A DNA stretch of 64,000 nucleotides from Clostridia bacterium. Lineage in GTDB: Bacteria > Bacillota > Clostridia > UMGS1840. The position numbers were made by a program, and so were the translations under genes. Below, in pieces: positions 52,789 to 60,479 of the stretch; position 1 is the first letter of the stretch; every line of letters starts with the position of its first letter. Where the stretch lies: assembly GCA_045656345.1 (NCBI GenBank), contig JAZOQZ010000062.1, positions 50 through 64,049 of the forward strand, in the 5' to 3' direction. The notes beneath the pieces were generated by a model. It searched no databases. It had not been told where the DNA came from and saw only the letters and a list, made by a program, of their open reading frames with translations.

Positions 52789-53979
52789 ATGGAAAGAAAA
52801 ATCGGTACTGTTTCCCGTGGGATTCGTTGTCCCATTATCCGCGAAGGAGACGATATTGCATCCATCGTGGTAAATAGCGTAATTGAAGCGGCTGAAGCTG
52901 AAGGCTTTGCTCTGCGTGACCGTGATGTTGTTGCGGTAACCGAATCTGTGGTAGCTCGTTCTCAGGGGAACTACGCTTCCGTTGATGCCATTGCAAAGGA
53001 CGTGAAAAATAAATTAGGCGGCGAAACCATCGGGGTAATTTTCCCCATTTTAAGCCGTAACCGTTTTGCAATCTGCTTAAAAGGGATTGCAATGGGCGCA
53101 AAAAAAGTTGTGCTGATGTTAAACTATCCCAGCGATGAAGTGGGTAACGCTTTGGTTTCTTTAGACCAGCTGGATGAAGCAGGCATCAACCCCTACACTG
53201 ATGTATTAAGTGAAGCAAAATACAGAGAACTCTTCGGCGAAAATCTGCATCCCTTTACCGGTGTGGACTACGTGAAATACTATGGTGACTTAATCCGTTC
53301 TGTTGGAGCTGAAGCTGAAATTATTTTAGCAAATGATTGCCGCTCCATCTTAAAATATGCAGACTGTGTGTTAAACTGCGATATTCACAGCCGTGCACGT
53401 ACCAAACGTCTGTTAAAAGCAGCAGGTGCAAAATGTGTGGTTGGTCTGGATGAAATTTTAACCGAAAGTGTAGACGGCAGCGGTTACAACGAAAACTACG
53501 GTCTGCTTGGCTCCAACAAATCCACCGAAGATACCATCAAATTATTCCCTCACGCTTGCTTTGATATGGTGGAAGGTATGCAGAAGCAGTTTAAAGAACG
53601 TACCGGAAAAAACATTGAAGTAATGGTGTATGGTGACGGTGCTTTCAAAGATCCCGTTGGACACATCTGGGAACTGGCTGATCCGGTGGTTTCTCCTGCT
53701 TATACCAAAGGTCTGGAAGGAACTCCCAACGAGCTGAAATTAAAATATTTAGCAGATAACGATTTTGCAGATTTAAAAGGCGACGAACTGAAGAAAGCCA
53801 TTGAAAATGCAATTCGTCAGAAAGACAGTGATTTGGTTGGCAATATGGCTTCTCAGGGTACTACCCCGAGACGTCTGACCGACTTAATCGGTTCTTTATG
53901 TGATTTAACCAGCGGTTCCGGAGACAAAGGTACTCCTGTTATTTTAGTGCAGGGTTACTTTGATAACTTAACCGACTAA
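52789..53979 (+). CDS. CofE-like protein (F420-0:gamma-glutamyl ligase family domain), long 396-aa form
   Basis: The N-terminus IGTVSRGIRCPIIREGDDIASIVV...VVAVTESVVARSQG and the C-terminus GDKGTPVILVQGY match the F420_ligase-type fold as I recall it. A large insertion makes it longer than archaeal CofE. Assignment is from memory only. Confidence 0.55.
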   Translation: MERKIGTVSRGIRCPIIREGDDIASIVVNSVIEAAEAEGFALRDRDVVAVTESVVARSQGNYASVDAIAKDVKNKLGGETIGVIFPILSRNRFAICLKGIAMGAKKVVLMLNYPSDEVGNALVSLDQLDEAGINPYTDVLSEAKYRELFGENLHPFTGVDYVKYYGDLIRSVGAEAEIILANDCRSILKYADCVLNCDIHSRARTKRLLKAAGAKCVVGLDEILTESVDGSGYNENYGLLGSNKSTEDTIKLFPHACFDMVEGMQKQFKERTGKNIEVMVYGDGAFKDPVGHIWELADPVVSPAYTKGLEGTPNELKLKYLADNDFADLKGDELKKAIENAIRQKDSDLVGNMASQGTTPRRLTDLIGSLCDLTSGSGDKGTPVILVQGYFDNLTD

Positions 53980-53990
53980 TTTATGCATTA

Positions 53991-54031
53991 ATATGACAAT
54001 ACTGTAACAGGTATTGTCATATTTTGTTTTT
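53991..54031 (+). terminator. AT-rich hairpin + T-run (terminator-like), twin of 55248-55290
   Basis: ATATGACAATAC-TGTAACAG-GTATTGTCATAT followed by TTTGTTTTT. Confidence 0.55.
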
Positions 54032-54078
54032 GGTGATATACTGAATATATCATAATATTCTGCGAGGTGATTTTGACA

Positions 54079-55224
54079 GTGAAAAAAATAGGTGTTATCG
54101 GCTTTGGCGGACGAATTCAGTCCCTTGTTATCAATGAATTCGGCTATTATCCCGAACTTCAGATTGTGGCAATTGCAGATGCTGATTTAGAAGGTGCCAA
54201 AGAACGTGCCAACAATACGAAAAATCTGGATATATCTAAAGTTACCTTTTATGAAAAAGGGGAAGAAATGCTGGATCATGAAGAGCTGGACGGCGTCTTT
54301 GTGGGCACTCGTTGCAACTTACATACCAAATATGCAGTGGAAGTGTTACAAAGAAAAATTCCGCTCTTTTTGGAAAAACCTGTAGCCATTACGATGGAAG
54401 AATACGATCAGTTAAAAGAGGCGATGGATTCCTTTGGTGGCATTGGTATGACTTCTTTCCCCCTTCGTTTAACCGAAATTCTCGGGAAGGTAAAAGAAAT
54501 TTATGATAGCGGTGCTTTGGGCACTTTATCTCAGATTCAGGCATACAACAACGTGCCTTACGGACGTGTGTACTATAAATATTGGTACCGTGACGAAAGC
54601 ATCACGGGCGGTCTGTTTTTGCAGAAGGCTACTCACGATTTGGACTACATCAATTATGTGTTAGGCAAACAGCCTGTTGAAATTTGTGCAATGGAATCCA
54701 AAATGGTTTACAAAGGAGACAAAACTGCCAACTTAAAATGCGAGGATTGCCCCGAATATGAAACCTGTTATGAAAGCACAAAAGTAATTTCCGAACAGGC
54801 AGGGGATTCTCCCAACGGAGAATACTGTTCCTACGGTGAAGATGTTGGCAACCACGACAGTGCCACCATTATGATGCAGTACGAAGATGGTATGCATGCA
54901 GTTTATACTCAGAATTTTGTGGCAAGAAAAGAAGCAGGCAGACGTGGTATGCGAATGATTGGCCAGAAAGCGACCATGGAATTTGACTGGACCACCAACG
55001 AAATCAAGCTGTTCCCCCATGATAAAAACACGGTGGAACATATTATGGTTCGTCCCGGTGCAAATGGCGGACACGGTGGAGGAGACAACATTTTAATCCG
55101 TGATTTTCATGCACTCTTAAACGGAGATGTTTCCCGTTCCAGCTTGTATGACGGTCTGCAGAGTGCATACCTTTGCTTAAAGGCGAAAGAATCTGCAAAG
55201 ACTCATCAGTTTATCAAGTTATAA
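54079..55224 (+). CDS. Gfo/Idh/MocA-family NAD(P)-dependent oxidoreductase
   Basis: KIGVIGFGGRI Rossmann start, EKPVA motif, C-terminal alpha/beta domain. GTG at 54079 lies 9 nt after GAGGTG. Confidence 0.85.
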   Translation: MKKIGVIGFGGRIQSLVINEFGYYPELQIVAIADADLEGAKERANNTKNLDISKVTFYEKGEEMLDHEELDGVFVGTRCNLHTKYAVEVLQRKIPLFLEKPVAITMEEYDQLKEAMDSFGGIGMTSFPLRLTEILGKVKEIYDSGALGTLSQIQAYNNVPYGRVYYKYWYRDESITGGLFLQKATHDLDYINYVLGKQPVEICAMESKMVYKGDKTANLKCEDCPEYETCYESTKVISEQAGDSPNGEYCSYGEDVGNHDSATIMMQYEDGMHAVYTQNFVARKEAGRRGMRMIGQKATMEFDWTTNEIKLFPHDKNTVEHIMVRPGANGGHGGGDNILIRDFHALLNGDVSRSSLYDGLQSAYLCLKAKESAKTHQFIKL

Positions 55225-55247
55225 CAAATATAGCAAATATAACAAAT

Positions 55248-55290
55248 AAATGACAATACCGTAACAAGTATTGTCATTTATTATTTTGTG
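55248..55290 (+). terminator. AT-rich hairpin + T-rich tail (terminator-like), twin of 53991-54031
   Basis: AAATGACAATAC-CGTAACAA-GTATTGTCATTT followed by ATTATTTTGTG. Confidence 0.55.
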
Positions 55291-55374
55291 TGTTACAATG
55301 GCGCTGTAAAGAATTTTAGCATCTAAAATTCCAAAACAAGCCGAAACAATTCCAAAAAGAAAGGTTGATGAGAG

Positions 55375-56403
55375 ATGAAACGTATTTTTTCCTTTGTTGC
55401 GATGTTGTTGGCAGTTGTTCTGTTAGCAGGATGTTCTGCATCTTCCGGTTCCGACGGTACCCTTGCACCTACTGCAACGCCTGCTCCCACTCCGGAGCCC
55501 ACTCCTTCACCTGAGGAAATCTTTTTGGATACCTATATCAATACCGACGAACGTCCTATTGCTGTTATGATTGATAATGACGATAAAAATGCTCGTCCTC
55601 ACGCGGGGTTGGATGAAGCTTATCTGGTATACGAAATGAACGTGGAAGGCGGTTCCACCCGTTTTATGGCGTTGTATCGCAATGTGGATACCAAAAAAAT
55701 CGGACCTGTTCGTTCTTCCAGACATTACTTTTTGGATTACGTGATGGAGAATGATGCCATCTATACCCATTTCGGATGGAGCCCCAAAGCCATTGAAGAT
55801 ATTTCTGCTTATGGCATCAATAAAATCAACGGCGTGTTAGGAGAAGATGGCGATATTTTCTGGAGAGAAGAAAAATTCAAAGGCGACTGGCATAGCGCTT
55901 ATACCTCCATTGAAAAAATCAAAGCCAAAGCAGACAGAAAATCTTTCTCCGATACCACCGACCGTAAAAACGGGATTTCTTATGCAACAGCTTATTTTAC
56001 TCCCGATTCCGATCTGGAAGCCAATAGCGTTTATCTGAATTATTCCGGCAGATATAAAACCTCCTATGTTTACAACGCTGAAACCAAATTGTATGAAAAA
56101 CAGATTTTCTCCGCTCCTCACAAGTTGCAAAACGGTGAAACTGTCACCTTCAAAAACGTGATTGTGCAATTGGTTCCGGTTACCGCACTGGGTGACGGCA
56201 CCGACCGCAGAAATTTACTCAATACCGGTAGCGGAAAAGGGTATTACATTACTGACGGTGTGTATGAAGAAATCACCTGGCATAAGCCTTCCCGTCGGGA
56301 AAATACCACTTATAAAAACGCAGACGGCACTCCTCTTCAGATTAATCCCGGGAAAACCATTATCAATCTGATTGACCCCACAACAGGCGTACAGTTTGAA
56401 TAA
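55375..56403 (+). CDS. DUF3048-domain lipoprotein
   Basis: Lipobox LLAGC and a Pro/Thr-rich linker, then PIAVMIDNDDKNARPHAGLDEAYLVYEMNVEGGSTRFMALY, characteristic of DUF3048. Confidence 0.75.
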   Translation: MKRIFSFVAMLLAVVLLAGCSASSGSDGTLAPTATPAPTPEPTPSPEEIFLDTYINTDERPIAVMIDNDDKNARPHAGLDEAYLVYEMNVEGGSTRFMALYRNVDTKKIGPVRSSRHYFLDYVMENDAIYTHFGWSPKAIEDISAYGINKINGVLGEDGDIFWREEKFKGDWHSAYTSIEKIKAKADRKSFSDTTDRKNGISYATAYFTPDSDLEANSVYLNYSGRYKTSYVYNAETKLYEKQIFSAPHKLQNGETVTFKNVIVQLVPVTALGDGTDRRNLLNTGSGKGYYITDGVYEEITWHKPSRRENTTYKNADGTPLQINPGKTIINLIDPTTGVQFE

Positions 56404-56424
56404 TCTTTGGGGAGGAACGGTTTT

Positions 56425-56691
56425 ATGTTATATTCTGTGGTAATGATATGGAATGTTCTGACCTTTTTTCTCTATGGGTGGGACAAGCTTTGTGCCAAAC
56501 AGCATTGGAGACGAATTCCGGAAAGCGTGTTGATAGGCTTTTCATTTCTGATGGGGGCATTGGGTGCGTTGTTCGGAATGGTTATCTGGAATCATAAAAC
56601 CTCAAAAATGAAGTTCCGTTTGTTGGTTCCGTTTTCTGTGATATTAAACGGAGTTCTTCTTTGGTTTTTGTTTAGCTTCATCAGCGGATAA
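56425..56691 (+). CDS. DUF1294 membrane protein
   Basis: FFLYGWDKLCAKQHWRRIPE...GALGALFGM...HKT.K.KF, the typical DUF1294 pattern. ATG at 56425 follows GGGGAGG. Confidence 0.75.
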   Translation: MLYSVVMIWNVLTFFLYGWDKLCAKQHWRRIPESVLIGFSFLMGALGALFGMVIWNHKTSKMKFRLLVPFSVILNGVLLWFLFSFISG

Positions 56692-56692
56692 T

Positions 56693-56732
56693 AAAAAAAC
56701 AGCATTTGCAAAATGCAAATGCTGTTTTTTTA
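56693..56732. terminator. Bidirectional terminator
   Basis: AAAAAAACAGCATTTGCA-AAA-TGCAAATGCTGTTTTTTT. Confidence 0.85.
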
Positions 56733-56733
56733 T

Positions 56734-57981
56734 TTACATAATAGATTCGCCCCGAAGCCATAGACCGGTATAAAAGAAACACAGTACCAAGCTTACGGCA
56801 ATCATACCATAGCGCACATATTTGTTTTTCACAGATGCAAACACGATGTAGAGCGGTATGCAGGCACACATGTAGCGGGAACCGCTGATGAGCCAACCGT
56901 GGGTGTAGCAGGTGAAGATGTAAGCACCAAGATACACTAAATATTCGGTGCGTACCTTTTTGAAAATACCCAAGAAGATGGTAAGGGTGCCAATGAAAAA
57001 CAGGGCCAGTTGCGGCCAGTATATGAAATTTGAAAGACCCGGATAACTTTGTGCCATATTGTAGCTGTAGGATAAGGTTTTGCCGAACCATTGTGCTTTG
57101 TTGTACCAGGGTTCTGATGCCTGAAACGCTAAGTATTGGAACCAGTTTCCAAAAAGAACTTTGTTCATCAGGAGATACACAAAAAATCCTGCGGGAATCA
57201 GTATTGACCAAGAGAAGGTTTTTGTATTGAACTTTCTTTGTCTAAATAAGTCTCTTGCCACACTCACTAAAGCACACGCAAACAACAACACGCCCTGTGT
57301 TCTGGAAAGACAAGCCAAAAATCCGAAAATTGCCATCCACACAGGCTTTTTGGTTCGTAAAAAGTACAGGCATAAAAGGGTGGTTAAAAGAAACACACTC
57401 TCGGTAAATACTGCACTGTAAAACATGCTGAAGGGCGCCACAATCATCAGTGCAAGCCCGCTGAAGGACTGCTTTTCGCTGTAATCCAACCGCAGCAATT
57501 CATAAAGCACACAGCAACTTGCCATAAAGGCCAGATTGGACACCACAATGCCGCTAAGCAGATAATTGTTGAACAACACATTGAATATCCGGATGCAAAG
57601 CGGATACAGCGGATAAAATACGATAAGTTTTGCCTGTTCTCCCACAGCGGTGTAGCCGTGTTCTGCCAGATACAAATAGTGAGGAGAGTCTCCTGAAACG
57701 CTAAATACCCTGGTAATCTGTTCCCAAAAAGAAATGTCGGTTTCGTTAATCCAATATCCAACCAGATAAATAAGCCAACGGGCAAGTAACGAAATCAACG
57801 CAATCCAAATCCACTTCTGAAAGTTTGGCTTTTTGCTGTTTGAAATTTTAGCCACAACTTTATTTTTTTTAAGTTTTTTCTGTTTATTTGACTCCGTCTT
57901 TTCCTGAAAAAAGGCAATTAGCACACCGATTCCTGCCGCAATGAGCAGGGCGGAGCCGAAGATGTTTAGGAAATCTGCCAT
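56734..57981 (-). CDS. Polytopic GT-C-like glycosyltransferase (PIG-V/PMT_2/DUF2029-like mannosyltransferase family, tentative)
   Basis: 415 aa with >10 TM segments. Early loop SGDSPHYLYLAEHGY...VFYPLYP resembles bacterial PIG-V-type mannosyltransferases. Confidence 0.45.
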   Translation of the reverse strand: MADFLNIFGSALLIAAGIGVLIAFFQEKTESNKQKKLKKNKVVAKISNSKKPNFQKWIWIALISLLARWLIYLVGYWINETDISFWEQITRVFSVSGDSPHYLYLAEHGYTAVGEQAKLIVFYPLYPLCIRIFNVLFNNYLLSGIVVSNLAFMASCCVLYELLRLDYSEKQSFSGLALMIVAPFSMFYSAVFTESVFLLTTLLCLYFLRTKKPVWMAIFGFLACLSRTQGVLLFACALVSVARDLFRQRKFNTKTFSWSILIPAGFFVYLLMNKVLFGNWFQYLAFQASEPWYNKAQWFGKTLSYSYNMAQSYPGLSNFIYWPQLALFFIGTLTIFLGIFKKVRTEYLVYLGAYIFTCYTHGWLISGSRYMCACIPLYIVFASVKNKYVRYGMIAVSLVLCFFYTGLWLRGESIM

Positions 57982-58108
57982 AAGAGTTCTCCTTTTTTAA
58001 AATGGTCTGGTCAATTTCATTATAAACCATTTTTCAGAAAATGCAAGAGCGTTTTTTCGATGTTTCCAAAAAAGACGGTGGGTTCTTGTGAAAATAATAC
58101 GAAAAAAC

Positions 58109-58137
58109 TTGAAAATATCAAGAATGTATGCTATAAT
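58109..58137 (+). promoter_or_regulatory. Promoter of the apgM-family gene
   Basis: TTGAAA, 17-nt spacer, TGcTATAAT. Confidence 0.6.
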
Positions 58138-58201
58138 AAAAAATAAAAAATTTTTACATTGCTCGACATTGAATACGATGCATCTGTAAGGAGACAGCAA
58201 T

Positions 58202-59410
58202 ATGAAATATGTAGTTTTTTTATGTGATGGGATGGCTGATTTAAAACTGGAGAAATTCGGTAATAAAACTCTTTTGGAAGCAGCCAATACTCCCAATATG
58301 GATCAATACGCAAAGAAAGCAATTTTAGGCACCTTAAAAACCGTTCCCGACCATTTGTCACCGGGAAGTGATGTTTGTAACCTATCGGTAATGGGATACG
58401 ATTCCAATTTGTATTATACAGGTCGTTCTCCTTTAGAGGCGGCAAGTATCGGCGTTACCTTGGCAGATAATGAGACCTCATTCCGTGCCAATTTAGTCAC
58501 TCTTTCGGGAGAAGGCGAATACGAAGACCTAATCATGGAGGATTACAGTGCAGGGGAAATCAAAACTGCGGACGCAAAGAAGCTCATCGAAGATTTGATG
58601 CCTGTGTTAAATGATGAAACAACCAAGATTTATCCCGGGGTATCTTACCGTCATCTACTGGTGTTATCCGATAAAACCGTGGATGGGAAATTAATCCCTC
58701 CGCACGATATTTCCAAGCGTCCGGTGAAAGAATATCTGCCTAAGGATGCAGAGATTCTTTCGCTTATGAAAAAAAGCTATGAATTTTTGAAAAACCATCC
58801 CTACAATCTGGAAAGAATCGGAGCCGGCAAGAAGCCTGCATCTTCCATTTGGGTATGGGGAGAAGGAAAGCGTCCGAAAATGGATAGCTTTTATGATAAA
58901 TTTGGTGTGAAAGGCTCTGTTATCAGCGCCGTGGACTTGATAAAAGGAATTGGTATTTTAACGGGGATGCGCTCCATTGAAGTGGAAAATGTGACCGGAA
59001 ATATTGATACCAATTTTGATGGAAAAGCTCAGGCTTGTATTGATGCTTTAAAAGAGGGCGACGATTTCGTTTATGTGCATATGGAAGCACCTGATGAATG
59101 TGGGCACCGTTTTGAAGCAGACAACAAAAAATTGGCAATTGAGCTGATTGACGAAAAGGTAATTGGTCCTGTTTGCCGTTATTTAGAGGGATGCGGAGAG
59201 GATTTTGCTATTTTGGTAACTCCTGACCATCCCACACCGATTGCCACCGGTACTCACGATAGGGCACCCGTTCCGTTTTTTGCTTATTATAACAAAAAAG
59301 AAGCGGAAGGCAATTTATACAATGAAGACACTGCCAAAGAAGCCGGGTTACACATTGAAAACGGCTACGAACTGATGGGTCAATTTTTAAATTTGGATTT
59401 GTGGAAATAA
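58202..59410 (+). CDS. apgM: Cofactor-independent phosphoglycerate mutase, archaeal-type ApgM family (the family also contains proposed homoserine kinases)
   Basis: MKYVVFLCDGMAD...NTPNMD...PGSDVCNLSVMGYD...VHMEAPDECGH...TPDHPTP, metalloenzyme superfamily motifs. There is no threonine-pathway context here. Confidence 0.75.
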   Translation: MKYVVFLCDGMADLKLEKFGNKTLLEAANTPNMDQYAKKAILGTLKTVPDHLSPGSDVCNLSVMGYDSNLYYTGRSPLEAASIGVTLADNETSFRANLVTLSGEGEYEDLIMEDYSAGEIKTADAKKLIEDLMPVLNDETTKIYPGVSYRHLLVLSDKTVDGKLIPPHDISKRPVKEYLPKDAEILSLMKKSYEFLKNHPYNLERIGAGKKPASSIWVWGEGKRPKMDSFYDKFGVKGSVISAVDLIKGIGILTGMRSIEVENVTGNIDTNFDGKAQACIDALKEGDDFVYVHMEAPDECGHRFEADNKKLAIELIDEKVIGPVCRYLEGCGEDFAILVTPDHPTPIATGTHDRAPVPFFAYYNKKEAEGNLYNEDTAKEAGLHIENGYELMGQFLNLDLWK

Positions 59411-59479
59411 TTGAACCAGCAACAGAGGAACACTTACGAGAAAAAACAGCAGGATAAAATGTTGGAGGTAAGTTAGCAA

Positions 59480-59551
59480 ATGGAGCTGTTTATTTCCCTG
59501 CTGATGGAAATTGACGCTGCAGACATTCATAAGGAATCCAAAGAAAAATAA
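59480..59551 (+). CDS. Possible 23-aa upstream ORF (MELFISLLMEIDAADIHKESKEK)
   Basis: ATG lies 10 nt after GGAGGT. Its stop overlaps the AAGGAGAG RBS of yitT. No homology evidence. Confidence 0.2.
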   Translation: MELFISLLMEIDAADIHKESKEK

Positions 59552-59562
59552 GGAGAGATTAT

Positions 59563-60435
59563 TTGAAACAGTTATTGGAAGAACTCAGATTTAAAAATAT
59601 ATTGCTTTTAACGGTGGCAGGATTGATCAACGCTTTTGGCATCACGGTGTTTTTATCGCCGGTCAAATTGTATGACAGCGGGATTTCCGGCACCTCTATG
59701 CTGCTTTCTCAGATTACTCCCGATTATCTTTCATTATCATTGTTTTTGTTAATTTTAAATATTCCATTGTTTGCTTTCGGATACAAAAAACAGGGGATTA
59801 CCTTCACGGTGTATTCCATTTACACGGTTGTCGTTTATTCATTGGGGGCCTGGCTGATTACCGATGTGTTGCCGTTGGATGTTGCTTTGTCCTCTCCTTT
59901 TGCAGGAAACGACTTGCTCTTATGCGCCATATTTGGCGGTTTGATTTCCGGTGTCGGAAGCGGTCTTACCATCCGTTTTGGCGGTGCTATTGACGGAGTT
60001 GAGGTTATGGCAGTGATTTTTGCTAAAAAGATTGGTGTTACCGTGGGCACTTTCGTAATGGCGTATAATGTGATTTTATATGTTATCAGCGGTGTTTTGT
60101 TAAACAGCTGGATTTTACCGCTGTATTCTATCTTAACTTATTATGTGGGACTAAAAACCATCGACTTTATTGTGGAAGGGATTGACCGTTCCAAAGCGGC
60201 GATGATTATTACCGAAAAGGCAGACGAGGTTTGCGAAGCTTTGGTGCAGACCTTTGAAAGCGGTGCCACCAGAATTGCGGCAAAAGGCGGTTATTCCAAT
60301 CAGGAAAAAACCGTGATTTATTTCATTGTGGACCGTTTTCAGATTTCTAAAATGAGAGAACTGGTTCATAAAATTGATAAAACTGCATTTATCACCATCA
60401 CCGAGGTGGCAGATGTTTATAAAGCAAATATGTAG
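59563..60435 (+). CDS. YitT-family membrane protein (DUF2179 C-terminal domain)
   Basis: LLLTVAGLINAFGITVFLSPVKLYDSGISG N-terminus, 5-6 TM segments, C-terminal soluble DUF2179-like domain (ITEKADEV...YFIVDRFQISKMRELV). TTG start after AAGGAGAG. Confidence 0.85.
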   Translation: MKQLLEELRFKNILLLTVAGLINAFGITVFLSPVKLYDSGISGTSMLLSQITPDYLSLSLFLLILNIPLFAFGYKKQGITFTVYSIYTVVVYSLGAWLITDVLPLDVALSSPFAGNDLLLCAIFGGLISGVGSGLTIRFGGAIDGVEVMAVIFAKKIGVTVGTFVMAYNVILYVISGVLLNSWILPLYSILTYYVGLKTIDFIVEGIDRSKAAMIITEKADEVCEALVQTFESGATRIAAKGGYSNQEKTVIYFIVDRFQISKMRELVHKIDKTAFITITEVADVYKANM

Positions 60436-60479
60436 ACTTTAGATTGTTGCAGAGTATATCAACATCAAAGGGGAAAAAT

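Noticed and set aside
49949-56700. Possible genomic island integrated at the tRNA(CAU) 3' end
   Set aside because: No integrase, recombinase, phage or conjugation genes are present. There is no direct repeat of the tRNA 3' end downstream. The gene content (malQ, LysR, oxidoreductase, lipoprotein) is ordinary metabolic and envelope functions.
56681-57211. 176-aa minus-strand ORF in an alternative frame of the GT-C-like membrane protein gene
   Set aside because: It overlaps the 3' third of the 415-aa CDS (56734-57981), which has a coherent TM topology. The alternative frame also crosses the bidirectional terminator.
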